This document shows, one piece after another, positions 10,018 through 19,306 of a DNA stretch of 64,000 nucleotides. Position numbers and translations under genes: made by a program. Every line of letters begins with the position of its first letter. Within the stretch, counting starts at the first letter, position 1. The DNA comes from Cenarchaeum sp. (GTDB lineage Archaea > Thermoproteota > Nitrososphaeria > Nitrososphaerales > Nitrosopumilaceae): positions 960,001 to 1,024,000 of the forward strand of contig OZ242221.1 of assembly GCA_965206845.1 (NCBI GenBank), given 5' to 3'. The notes below the pieces were generated by a model. That model had not been told where the DNA came from. It saw only the letters and a list, made by a program, of their open reading frames with translations, and did not search any database.

Positions 10018-10140
10018 CCCCACATCCTGCAGGATCGTGTCCATCCCGGCTGGATGCGGCTCTGCGGCCACCAGGCCCCTGCGTCCGGCAGGCGGCTTCC
10101 ACTCTCTAACTTTTATTAGGAATTGTGACATCGGAGCTGG

Positions 10141-10860
10141 ATGCATGAGCTAGTCGCCGTTGGTTGCGGTCCGGGCGATCCTGACCTGCTGACCGTCAAG
10201 GCGGTAAACGCGATACGGGGCGCCGATGTTATCGCGTGTCCCACAGCCCGGGAGGGAAAGCCGAGCATTGCACTGGCCGCCGTCTCCCCGCTGATAGACC
10301 AAGGCCGGCAGAGGATACTGCAACTCGTCTTTCCCATGACAAAGGACCGGGCAGTGCTGGAGGAGACGTGGAGGAGAAACTCCCAGATCCTTGCCGATGC
10401 CGTCCTGACGGGCCGGAGGGTCGTGTACCTTACCATAGGAGACCCATACCTGTACAGCACGTGGATATACCTGCACCGCGAGCTGAAGGAGAGGCACCCG
10501 AAGATCAGGATATCTGTCATTCCCGGCATCGTCTCGATGTTTACGTTTGCGTCAAAGGTGGGCATCAGCCTAGCGGAGGGCGCCGAGAAGATGTCAGTCA
10601 TTCCCTCGTGCTATAACCTTGATGCTGTCAAAGAGATCGCAAGGAACTCAGACACGCTGGTCTTCCTGAAGGACGGAAGGTACTTTGATCAGGTAGTCAC
10701 GCTGCTGAGGGAGGCGGGTTTTGCCGACAGCTCGATATTTGCAATAGGCCAGGATCTGGGCACCGAGCACGAGATCATCAGAAGGCTCACCCTGGGCGAG
10801 GCCGACACCTCCGCCTTGACTACCAAATACTTCTCCATACTGGTGGTAAAGCGTGCCTAA
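10141..10860 (+). CDS. cbiL: Cobalt-precorrin-2 C20-methyltransferase
   Basis: VGCGPGDPDLLTVKA, FPMTKD, TIGDPYLYST. Confidence 0.9.
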   Translation: MHELVAVGCGPGDPDLLTVKAVNAIRGADVIACPTAREGKPSIALAAVSPLIDQGRQRILQLVFPMTKDRAVLEETWRRNSQILADAVLTGRRVVYLTIGDPYLYSTWIYLHRELKERHPKIRISVIPGIVSMFTFASKVGISLAEGAEKMSVIPSCYNLDAVKEIARNSDTLVFLKDGRYFDQVVTLLREAGFADSSIFAIGQDLGTEHEIIRRLTLGEADTSALTTKYFSILVVKRA

Positions 10861-11626
10861 GGTCTACTTTGTGGGGTGCGGGCCGGGAGACCCGGAGCTG
10901 ATCACCGTAAAGGCAAAGAGGCTGATCCAGCAGGCAGACACGGTGGTGTACTCGGGCTCGCTGGTTCCAGAGCCGATAATGGAGTTCTGCCGTGGCGCAG
11001 ATCTGCACGATGCGTCGGGCCTAGTACGCGAGGAGATATTTGACATACTGCGCGGCAGCGCAAAGAAGGGCAAGCTCGTGGTGCGCCTGCACGACGGCGA
11101 CCCTACGATATACGGCGCCATAAGGGAGCAGATGGACGGCCTCGCAGGCGAGGGCATCGAGTCGGTGATAGTCCCCGGGGTTACGTCGTTTCTTGCATCT
11201 GCTGGCGCCCTAGGGGCCCAGCTCACGCTGCCGGGCGTGACCCAGACCATAATCATCACCCGCGCCGAGAAGCGCACCCGGGTGCCCGAGCGTGAAAGGA
11301 TCTCCGAGCTGGCAAGGCACCAGGCAACCATGGTCTTCTACCTCAGCGTTCACCTCCTCAATGACATTGTGCGGGATGTGATCGGCGGCGGATACACCGA
11401 GTCGACGCCGGCGGCGGTGGTCTACAGGGCCAGCTGGGAAGACCAGAAGGTCATCGTGGGCACCCTGGCGGACATTGCAAAAAAGACGAGGGCGCACAAG
11501 ATTACAAAGACTGCCATCGTGATCATAGGCCAGGTCATCAACCCAGAGTCGTACGAGTACTCCAGGCTCTATGACAAGTCGTTTGGCCACGGCTACCGGA
11601 AGGCAAGACCCGTCACAGAGCGATAG
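10853..11626 (+). CDS. cbiF: Cobalt-precorrin-4 C11-methyltransferase
   Basis: GCGPGDPELIT, RLHDGDPTIYGAIREQM, TQTIIITR, SRLYD. Confidence 0.93.
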   Translation: MPKVYFVGCGPGDPELITVKAKRLIQQADTVVYSGSLVPEPIMEFCRGADLHDASGLVREEIFDILRGSAKKGKLVVRLHDGDPTIYGAIREQMDGLAGEGIESVIVPGVTSFLASAGALGAQLTLPGVTQTIIITRAEKRTRVPERERISELARHQATMVFYLSVHLLNDIVRDVIGGGYTESTPAAVVYRASWEDQKVIVGTLADIAKKTRAHKITKTAIVIIGQVINPESYEYSRLYDKSFGHGYRKARPVTER

Positions 11627-12377
11627 GGTCGGCGCGGCAGTCCATTCCCAGCGCCGCCAGCTTGCGCGAGAACGCCCCTGCGTCCCCGGACGCAAAGATC
11701 CTAAGCGGGCCCTGCGTCGGGGCGCTCCCGACTCTGGCACCGGCCTGCCGGGCCACATCGTCGGCCGGATCAAGAAACCTCACATCGGGAAACTCTGCCT
11801 CCATCATCCCCCTTAGGAACGGCAGGTGGGTGCTTGACAGCGTGGCCGTGTCGATGCCGCCCTGCCCAAGGCGGTCGGCCAGAACCCGCGAGATCTCCCT
11901 CCGGCAGCGCGGCGCATCCAGCACAAAACCGCCCGACTCCACCAGCCGGATCAGGGGGCTGCAGTTGACGGGCAGGACGGAGATCCCCTCCGGCAGGCGG
12001 CACCCCTCTATGTACCGGCGCAGCTCCGGGCCTGCGGCGACTGATTCGGTTGTGAGGACCGCAACGTTGCCGGTCCCGGTCATACCGGCCGCCCGGCTCA
12101 GTGGCGGATGCACCCCCAGCGTCCTGTCATCAAGGATCTCCGGAAGCAGCAGGGACGGCGTGTTGGAGCCCACTATTACAAGATCCGGCTTGAAGAGTCT
12201 CCGCAGGCCCGCTATGGTTCCCGTGATGATCCGCCCAAGCTCCGCACGGGTCTTGGTTCCGTATGGAAAGCTGTCGGTATCCGCATAGTATATGATCTCC
12301 GAGCGGAGCGTCCGTCGAAGGGGCCCGATAACGGACAGGGAGCCAAGTCCCGAATCAAAGATCGCTATTCTGGGCAT
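11613..12377 (-). CDS. murI: Glutamate racemase-family protein (catalytic Cys replaced by Ser)
   Basis: IAIFDSGLG, FPYGTK, GSNTPS, LSSTHLP; real start MPRIAIF at 12377. Confidence 0.82.
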   Translation of the reverse strand: MPRIAIFDSGLGSLSVIGPLRRTLRSEIIYYADTDSFPYGTKTRAELGRIITGTIAGLRRLFKPDLVIVGSNTPSLLLPEILDDRTLGVHPPLSRAAGMTGTGNVAVLTTESVAAGPELRRYIEGCRLPEGISVLPVNCSPLIRLVESGGFVLDAPRCRREISRVLADRLGQGGIDTATLSSTHLPFLRGMMEAEFPDVRFLDPADDVARQAGARVGSAPTQGPLRIFASGDAGAFSRKLAALGMDCRADPIAL

Positions 12378-12385
12378 AATCACAA

Positions 12386-14566
12386 GGGAATTATATACAT
12401 TAGTGTACAGCACCCATGCCTTTTTCTGGCGCTCTTGCATTGCCTCCCACGCTTGGCTCTCGCGTGCTGTTTGCGGAACGCGCGGGAGCAATCCCGCGCC
12501 GGCTTCTCGCGCCTTCAGACGACCATCCCGGCCGCCCTGCCGTCGCTTTCACGGCAATATTATACGCGGCATTTACGTCCGCGTTGACGTCATTGTCACA
12601 GTTGTAATTGGTGCACCGGAACCTGTCCTGCGATATGCGGGATTCCTTGTCACTGTGGCCGCACCTGTGGCATGTTATGCTGGTGCCCTTGGGGTCCACC
12701 ATTACCACGATCACGCCGGCATTGGCGCACGCGCCCTTGATCAATCGTTGGAACGTGCCGGGCCTTGAGTAGGCCATCTCCCTGTTTAGTCCCGTCTTGG
12801 CGGAGCTTCCCCTTCCCTTGGCGCCCGCGGTCATGTTCACGAGGTTGAGATCCTCCATGGCCACCGTTCCGGCGCCGTCCGCTATCCTCTTGGAGGCGTG
12901 TCGCTCCCAGTTCGTCTGGCGGTTGGCAATCTTTTCCCTCTTTTTCCGGATCTTCCTGTGCAGCTCCTTGTAGCTTCTTGACTTGGTCTTCCTCGGCTTG
13001 TCCCTGTTGCGGCCGCTCGTGTTGTTGCTGCAGCCGCTGCCGCCAGTGCCGTTCCCACCGTCCGCGCTCTTGCTCCCGCCGTCGGAACCTTCCTTGGAAT
13101 CCTGTTTGGTGCGCCTGTTGCCGCGCCCCCCGCGCTTCTGAGAGAGCTCCGAGTACATCTTCGATATGTCGTCGTCCTTTGCCCTCCTGCAGTCATTTGG
13201 GAGGTCGTGGAACTTGTGGCTGCCGGTGCCAAGGTCGACGGTGGCGACGCCGTGGACTATGCCCATGTCGATGCCCCTTATGACCGCGGACTCGGACGGC
13301 TCCGGCGCCTTTATCCTGATCTGGATGTGGAGCCGGTACGTCCTGTTGTGATTCTTAGTGCGCTTCGTGGTCCTCTTGGTCGTCTCGACGAGCTGGAAGG
13401 AGCGCATGTCAAGGTCCTTAACGTCGCCGTGCACCCTCACCATGCCTATGCCGGGAAGGTGCAGCATGCCGTTGCCCTTGTAGACGGGCTTCTCAAAGAC
13501 CGAGAGTGACTTCGCTTCCCCCTTCATGCTGAACAGGGAATCCCTGTGGGTCCATTTGTTCCTCTTGTTGCTCCACTTGTTTGAGGGTAAATTTACAGCG
13601 GTGTCGATGTCCTTGACGCCCTCCTTTTCCCGGTCCCGCCTGGCCAGGTACTTCCACAATGACTTGTTGCGGCGCTTTTTGCCGTTTGATATTACGAACT
13701 TTTGAACGGCGTCCAGGCCCAGCAGGAGCCCCGCCCTCTGCACCATGCAGCTGCAGGCCTCCTTGCGTCCAGCGGCCAGCGCCTCCTTGTCATGGACCAG
13801 CCACCCGTTTGCGTCCCTCCATTTGGTGAGCATCTTGTTGAGGTCGAACTTGGTTGTCCTCGGGTCGTTGAGCTTCTCCCTGACGGCCATGTTGAACGCC
13901 CACCTCTGCGGGTCCATGTGGCGCGATATGAGATCCGACAGCTCCGCCGACTGGTCAAAGTCCACCTTTATGTTGCGTATCATGGCGCCATCCATTAGGC
14001 GCCTTGACCACTTTTTTGGCGCCGGCTCGGTTGCGGCTGCCGTTGCATCCGCCTGCTCCGTTGCCACTGCTGCCGCCTCCGCCATGATGGGTTTCATTAC
14101 GCATTCAATATGCCATGCGCATAAAAACACCGCGACAACACTATCATTAGTGTGCAGACCATGCTGACCGTCCGCACTGTCATATCCATCGTTTCCGCCG
14201 CGCCTGTCCGCGCGGTTCCGGCCGCCACGGTGCGGCGCCGGCACCCGCTGGAACGGCCATCATGGCGGAAGGCCCGAAAAGGACGGGTTTTGGCCGCTTT
14301 TGAATGCAGTTCCCGCCTTGCAATGCCGGACCGGTCCGGGACGGCGCCTTAAATACGGATCCGGCATTTGCCCGCGTGAAAGGCGCGACCAGACCGCCGC
14401 CTTCCTGGGCTTTTGCCTGCCTCGGGATGCCTGCCGGCGCCGGAAAACCCGGGACAGCCATCGGCCAGTCATGAACCGGGAAGACCGGTCTGCGGACCGC
14501 ATTATCGGCCTGGACGGGAGGCCCCGGACATGCGGCGGCGGCTGTTCACTTAACTATATAATTCCC
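12386..14566 (-). mobile_element. TnpB-only element with TIRs and 8-bp TSD (copy 1, 2181 bp)
   Basis: Ends GGGAATTATATAcattAGTGtACAGC / GGGAATTATATAgttaAGTGaACAGC (inverted); AATCACAA directly repeated at 12378-12385 and 14567-14574. Confidence 0.92.
12400..14097 (-). CDS. tnpB: TnpB-like RNA-guided endonuclease, ~565 aa
   Basis: RuvC-I GIDMG, RuvC-II MEDLNL, TSITCHRC..FRC..C zinc finger, RuvC-III NADVNAAYNI; start MKPIM aligned with copy 2, TATA-like TTTTTATG ~25 bp upstream. Confidence 0.92.
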   Translation of the reverse strand: MKPIMAEAAAVATEQADATAAATEPAPKKWSRRLMDGAMIRNIKVDFDQSAELSDLISRHMDPQRWAFNMAVREKLNDPRTTKFDLNKMLTKWRDANGWLVHDKEALAAGRKEACSCMVQRAGLLLGLDAVQKFVISNGKKRRNKSLWKYLARRDREKEGVKDIDTAVNLPSNKWSNKRNKWTHRDSLFSMKGEAKSLSVFEKPVYKGNGMLHLPGIGMVRVHGDVKDLDMRSFQLVETTKRTTKRTKNHNRTYRLHIQIRIKAPEPSESAVIRGIDMGIVHGVATVDLGTGSHKFHDLPNDCRRAKDDDISKMYSELSQKRGGRGNRRTKQDSKEGSDGGSKSADGGNGTGGSGCSNNTSGRNRDKPRKTKSRSYKELHRKIRKKREKIANRQTNWERHASKRIADGAGTVAMEDLNLVNMTAGAKGRGSSAKTGLNREMAYSRPGTFQRLIKGACANAGVIVVMVDPKGTSITCHRCGHSDKESRISQDRFRCTNYNCDNDVNADVNAAYNIAVKATAGRPGWSSEGARSRRGIAPARSANSTREPSVGGNARAPEKGMGAVH

Positions 14567-14661
14567 AATCACAACACATTCTGGTTTTGTTAGCTAAATT
14601 TAGTCTAGGGTTGATCTAAATATACCCCTCTCATTAAGAGTGCAATACTAGACTGCCAATT

Positions 14662-15309
14662 ATGCCAAGCTTTGATAAGAACTGGGCCCGGCAGGACGCT
14701 CCAAGCGTGACTGAGAAACTACGTGGCGCAGTTACAGCCGAAGGCGCACTCAAGCCCAGGATTCAGGGAGCTGTAAACAAACTTCAGGTTCAGATATCCA
14801 AGATGGATTCGATGCTGGGAAAGCTGCGGGAGAGAGACTCGAGGCTGTTTCAGAGAATCGTCGTTGCCATGCAGCAGCACGACACCGGCGCAAGCAGGGT
14901 GCTCTCAAACGAACTGGCCGAGATCCGCAAGGTTTCAAGAATGCTAGGCAACGCAAGGATGTCGCTGGAGCAGGTTCAACTGCGATTGACGACCATTCAC
15001 GACCTAGGTGATGCCATGGTCGCGATAGGACCCGCGATGTCCACCATGAAGGGACTGAAGGCGTCTGTTGGCAAGTTCATGCCAGAGGCCGACTCGGAGC
15101 TTCAGGACATGACGCAGACCCTCAACGGCCTGATGTCAGACTCGCTGTCCGGAGAGGCGTTCAGCGGCATCGGATCAGAGGTCTCCACAGAAGAGACGGA
15201 CAAGATCCTGCAGGAAGCATCAGCCGTTGTAGAGCAGAAGATCGGGGACAAGTTTCCATCTGTTCCCTTCCACGGGCTTTCGTCAGAGGTTTCTACCAGT
15301 CTTGAGTAG
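14662..15309 (+). CDS. ESCRT-III / CdvB-family (Snf7) protein
   Basis: Coiled-coil, NELAEIRKV, LEQVQLRL.TI..LGD, ETDKILQEAS. Confidence 0.88.
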   Translation: MPSFDKNWARQDAPSVTEKLRGAVTAEGALKPRIQGAVNKLQVQISKMDSMLGKLRERDSRLFQRIVVAMQQHDTGASRVLSNELAEIRKVSRMLGNARMSLEQVQLRLTTIHDLGDAMVAIGPAMSTMKGLKASVGKFMPEADSELQDMTQTLNGLMSDSLSGEAFSGIGSEVSTEETDKILQEASAVVEQKIGDKFPSVPFHGLSSEVSTSLE

Positions 15310-15339
15310 TGCCGTGACGAAAGAACTGTATTTTTTTAA

Positions 15340-16503
15340 TTAAGACCAGATCTTCTCCTTGAAGGTAAACCGCTTGTTCAGGATAAAGTTGCCAAAGGAC
15401 GCGGCCGCAACCGCCGGTATCAGCGCGATGGGATAGCTCATCGAGGAGCTCTCCACCAGGGCAAAGACGGCGCCCAGCTGAACCAGCGCCCCCAGGGAGC
15501 TGACCCCTATGAACTTGGCGTACTGCGCCACCGTCCTTGCGGGGGCAAAGTTTCTGTCCTCAAACGTCCAGAACTTGTTGAGCACAAAATTGCTGGTCAT
15601 TGAAGCGAGTATTCCCAGTATATTTGCGTGGATGTACCACAAATCATTGGAGCCGCCGGCAAGCAGCAGGGACATGAGGTAGTTGATCCCGAGTCCCGAG
15701 GCGCCCACCGTGTAGAACCTGGCCGCCTTTGAGAGAAAGCGCGCCGATGTCTTGGGCTTTGATCTCGAGCCCCGCCTGCCGTTCCTGTACAGCCTCCAGA
15801 CGGATCTGAGATAGTCGACGGCCACCTTCAGGTCCAGCTTGCTGGAGCCAAACTGCCTGTCGCGGAACGTGTAGGGGATCTCCTTGATGGACGCTCCCCT
15901 GGCCTTGACCAGGATCTCAAGCAGCATCTTGTATCCCATTGCGTCAAACTTTAGATCCCTGATGAGGCTCTTCTTGAAGGCAAAGAACCCCGACATGGGA
16001 TCCTCGGTCCGTATCCCGAGCCCCTTCTGGGCAATCTTTGCGGCCACCTTGCTTTGGATCTTTCTCTTTATCGGCCAGTTCTTGATCGCGCTGCCCGGGA
16101 TGTACCTGGAGGCGATCACGATGTCAAACTTGGACCGCCTTATCAGATCCACCATTCTGGGAATTATCTGCGGCGGGTGGGAAAAGTCGCTGTCCATGAC
16201 CACTATGATGTCGCCTGACGCGTGCTGGATTCCGTTGAGTATGGCCGAGCTCAGGCCCTTCTTTATCTTCCTGTGCACCACGTCCACGGTGTAGTCTGTC
16301 AGGCGCCTGACGTTCCTGATGTAGTCGTCTACCATGCGCCCCGTGCCGTCCGGCGAGTTGTCGTCCACCACTATCGTCTCGGTTCTTGCGTTCCCGGGGC
16401 GGTTCTCGCCTATGGATCTGAGAACGCCCAGAACATTCATCGACTCGTTGTACGTGGAGAGTATTATCGATACCTGGGCGTTGCGGGGGTTTTTCAGCGT
16501 CAC
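15340..16503 (-). CDS. GT2 polyprenol-phosphate mannosyltransferase-like enzyme with C-terminal GtrA domain
   Basis: TYNE, VVDDNSPDGT, VMDSDFSHPP, DPMSGFF, GSSKL; GtrA TM segment; GTG start at 16503 chosen. Confidence 0.88.
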   Translation of the reverse strand: MTLKNPRNAQVSIILSTYNESMNVLGVLRSIGENRPGNARTETIVVDDNSPDGTGRMVDDYIRNVRRLTDYTVDVVHRKIKKGLSSAILNGIQHASGDIIVVMDSDFSHPPQIIPRMVDLIRRSKFDIVIASRYIPGSAIKNWPIKRKIQSKVAAKIAQKGLGIRTEDPMSGFFAFKKSLIRDLKFDAMGYKMLLEILVKARGASIKEIPYTFRDRQFGSSKLDLKVAVDYLRSVWRLYRNGRRGSRSKPKTSARFLSKAARFYTVGASGLGINYLMSLLLAGGSNDLWYIHANILGILASMTSNFVLNKFWTFEDRNFAPARTVAQYAKFIGVSSLGALVQLGAVFALVESSSMSYPIALIPAVAAASFGNFILNKRFTFKEKIWS

Positions 16504-16524
16504 TTTACAGTCGATGTTTGTGGG

Positions 16525-16547
16525 GGGAATTATATATTTAAGTTCAC
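16525..16547. repeat. Orphan copy of the GGGAATTATATA element end
   Basis: gggaattatatatttaagttcac resembles copy-1 end gggaattatatagttaagtgaac; no partner end found. Confidence 0.5.
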
Positions 16548-17241
16548 AAAACGGGTGAACTGCGTGGCGACCGTTCGGGTTACCCACTCCATAGCAGGCA
16601 TCAGCCTGAGGCACGAATTCTGGCATATGCGGCGGATCGCACAAGTGTGAAATCCTACTTATGCAGTAACTGGCGAGTCCCGTGATAATCTCTGGCCAGT
16701 CGGGGGCACGGCATAGAGGCAGGACACAAGGTGATCGAGAAATCAAGAGCGGAGGCATCTAACAAGATGTCAAATCAGGTACGTTCTGCTTTCTGTATTT
16801 ATTGCGGATGTTCAACCTATGGGTACCGGATGGTGCAACCCGGCATGGCGTGTAGACCGGGGATGGAAGACTTGTCGTAACGTAGGACGGCCTCGTGGAA
16901 GATAATTCTGGGCGTGATGTGTGGCAGCCGGCCGGAACCGTCACCCCAATACAGGCAGCCGGGGAGCGCATTTGCGCTAACCTGATGCACAACGCACTGA
17001 CAAACTCTTCGTGAAACACAGGTAGCCGAATGGCCACCTCCCCGTCTCGCATGTGCCGCAGATCTCGTCCCTCTGCAACGATCGCATCCCTCCTGACGGA
17101 GAACCAGATCTTCCCCGGGATGCCCAACCCGGTAAGGGCTGACTGCGGGTATTGCCAGTGCGGCAGAGTATGCGCGTGGTCCTGCGCCCCCCGGCCGGCG
17201 GCAGGAAACTTTTATTGTCCTGCGGAATCTCCCGTATCTAG

Positions 17242-18279
17242 TTGAAGATCTGGTTTGACATCCTGACGCCAAAGCAGATACTGTTCTTTGAATCCATGAT
17301 GGATCGGCTGGAAGGCGAGCACACAGTACTGTGCACCACAAGAAACTACAGGGAGCTGAACGGGCTTGTCAAGATCAGGAGAAGAAGGGTGCAAAGCGTG
17401 GGAAGGCACGGGGGGGCCGCAAGGGACGCAAAGCTGATGGCCGGCATTAACAGGATATCGGAGCTGACCCCCATAATCGAGGAGTTCTCCCCCGACGTGA
17501 CCGTCAGCTTCTGCTCGCCGGACGCGGCAAGGGTGTCATTCATGCTGCAGATCCCCCACATTGGCTTCTCGGAGGCCCCGCACCACAATGCGGGATCACG
17601 GCTGTCGATACCCCTGCTGGAGAGACTGCTGATTCCCTCATACATACCCAAAAAGAGCTTTACAATATTTGGAATAGACCCGGAGAAGATACTGCAGTAC
17701 AACGCGCTGGACGTGTATATGATCGTACAAAACAAGGTCGTGGAGACGATGCCGCCGATATCCAAGAAACCCCACGAAAAGATAATCCTGTTCCGCACCT
17801 ACGAGACGCAGGCGGCATACGTGAACAAGTCCGTGGACGTGGTCTCGCTGGTCACCGATGTGGCAAGGATGATGCCTGACTGCAGGCTTGTCGTCCTGGG
17901 CAGGTATGCAGATGAGATCAGGCACCTTCAGGCGTCGCTGGGCAGCGACATAACGGTGATCGACAGGGTGGTTGACAGCCGCAGCATACTCTTGCTTGCC
18001 GACGTGTTCATTGGATCCGGGGGGACCATGACTGCCGAGGCCGCAATGCGCGGCGTTCCGACCATATCGTACAATGCGGTGCCGTACGCAACCGAGAGGT
18101 ACCTGGTGAGGCACGGGCTGGTAAAGAGGGCCGAGGATGCCCCCGGGCTGGTAAGGGCCGCAAGGCGGTTTCTCGAGTCTGACAACGGAGCCTACCTGGA
18201 AAAGAACAGGCGGTTTCTTGCGGGCATGGAGGATCCATACAACCTTCTTGAAGAGGTCCTGCGCTCGCTTGGCGCGTGA
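17242..18279 (+). CDS. DUF354 GT-B-like protein
   Basis: KIWFDILTPKQ, GRHGG, FCSPDAARV, FIGSGGTMTAEAA. Confidence 0.85.
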   Translation: MKIWFDILTPKQILFFESMMDRLEGEHTVLCTTRNYRELNGLVKIRRRRVQSVGRHGGAARDAKLMAGINRISELTPIIEEFSPDVTVSFCSPDAARVSFMLQIPHIGFSEAPHHNAGSRLSIPLLERLLIPSYIPKKSFTIFGIDPEKILQYNALDVYMIVQNKVVETMPPISKKPHEKIILFRTYETQAAYVNKSVDVVSLVTDVARMMPDCRLVVLGRYADEIRHLQASLGSDITVIDRVVDSRSILLLADVFIGSGGTMTAEAAMRGVPTISYNAVPYATERYLVRHGLVKRAEDAPGLVRAARRFLESDNGAYLEKNRRFLAGMEDPYNLLEEVLRSLGA

Positions 18280-18345
18280 CGGCTGCCCGAGCCGTGGCAC
18301 ACCAGCCCACTCAAAGATTAAAAACAGACCGGATCCGAACCACAG

Positions 18346-18921
18346 GTGGTGGACAAGGACGGCCTTACCGACGAAGACGGGACGGCGCTCGTGGGGCTGG
18401 CAAGGAGGGCGGTGTCCGACCATCTCCTGGGAAGGCAGACGGTTCCAGACGATGCCCTGAAGTCAAGGTTCTCCTTTCGGGCAGGCGTGTTTGTTACCCT
18501 CAACAGCGGGGGCAGCCTGCGGGGCTGCATCGGTTTTGTCGCACCCCGCAAGAGGCTGTACGGCGCCCTGGTCGAGGCGGCCGTTGCTGCCGCCACCCGG
18601 GATCCGCGGTTTCTGCCTGTTCAGAGCGGCCAGCTGGGCCGCATCAAATTCGAGGTTACCGTCCTCTCCGAGCCCCAGAAGATGGCCGTCTCCAACCCGA
18701 ACCAGTACCTGTCGGGGATCCGCATAGGGATGGACGGACTGCTCATAAGGCGCAACTCAAGTTCGGGCCTGCTCCTGCCACAGGTGCCGGCGGAGTACGG
18801 GTGGTCCCCGCAGGAGTTCCTGGAGCATGCCTGCGAGAAGGCCGGGCTTCCCAGGGACTCGTGGAGGGACGAATCCACCGAGGTCCTGAGGTTTGGGGGG
18901 ACGGTCTTCAGGGAGGGCTGA
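18346..18921 (+). CDS. AMMECR1-family protein
   Basis: GVFVTL, LRGCIG, AATRDPRF, GLLLPQV, CEKAGL. Confidence 0.92.
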   Translation: MVDKDGLTDEDGTALVGLARRAVSDHLLGRQTVPDDALKSRFSFRAGVFVTLNSGGSLRGCIGFVAPRKRLYGALVEAAVAAATRDPRFLPVQSGQLGRIKFEVTVLSEPQKMAVSNPNQYLSGIRIGMDGLLIRRNSSSGLLLPQVPAEYGWSPQEFLEHACEKAGLPRDSWRDESTEVLRFGGTVFREG

Positions 18922-18943
18922 TCCCGCCGGGAGGCGCCGGCGC

Positions 18944-19306
18944 CTAGCCCAGAAAGAACTCGGCGCCGTCCTGCATGGCGTCAAGCTCCGCCTGGCCCAT
19001 GGTTATCAGCGGAATGTTGGCAAGCGCGCATCCGGAGGCCACCGTCGGGTCTGCCTTCAGGCAGATCATGGCCCTGGGGGCTGCGCCTGCGGACTTGAGC
19101 GAGTATATGGTGTATGCGCCCACGCTGCTGCCGGCCCCGTGGGGAAACACCAGGATCGAGTCGCGGACGGATCTGCCGTGTAGCTCGTGGCTCGGATCCC
19201 GGATCGTCCCGGTTTTGTTGTCCACGGCGCCCAGAAAGTTGATGGGCTGCCGGGTCTTCATTATCCTCCCCCGGGCCCTGCCCCGGACTATCGTCCTCAC
19301 GACCAA
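18944..19306 (-). CDS. Aconitase X small subunit (DUF126), likely phosphomevalonate dehydratase small subunit
   Basis: INFLGAVD, HELHGRS, FPHGAGSSVG; adjacent to large subunit; start approximate. Confidence 0.85.
   Translation of the reverse strand: MVVRTIVRGRARGRIMKTRQPINFLGAVDNKTGTIRDPSHELHGRSVRDSILVFPHGAGSSVGAYTIYSLKSAGAAPRAMICLKADPTVASGCALANIPLITMGQAELDAMQDGAEFFLG

Noticed and set aside
14098-14244. N-terminal extension of TnpB copy 1 in the ORF track
   Set aside because: Copies 2 and 3 and the TATA position support the start at 14097.
12386-14566. Casposon interpretation of the GGGA..TATATA ends
   Set aside because: No casposase or PolB; an 8-bp TSD is shorter than those I recall for characterised casposases; no tRNA-end duplication at copy 3. 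An IS1595-like origin fits better, though the mobilising enzyme is not in the window.
16550-17200. ORFs in the spacer after the orphan TIR as a transposase remnant
   Set aside because: No recognisable transposase motif or partner TIR; left unannotated.
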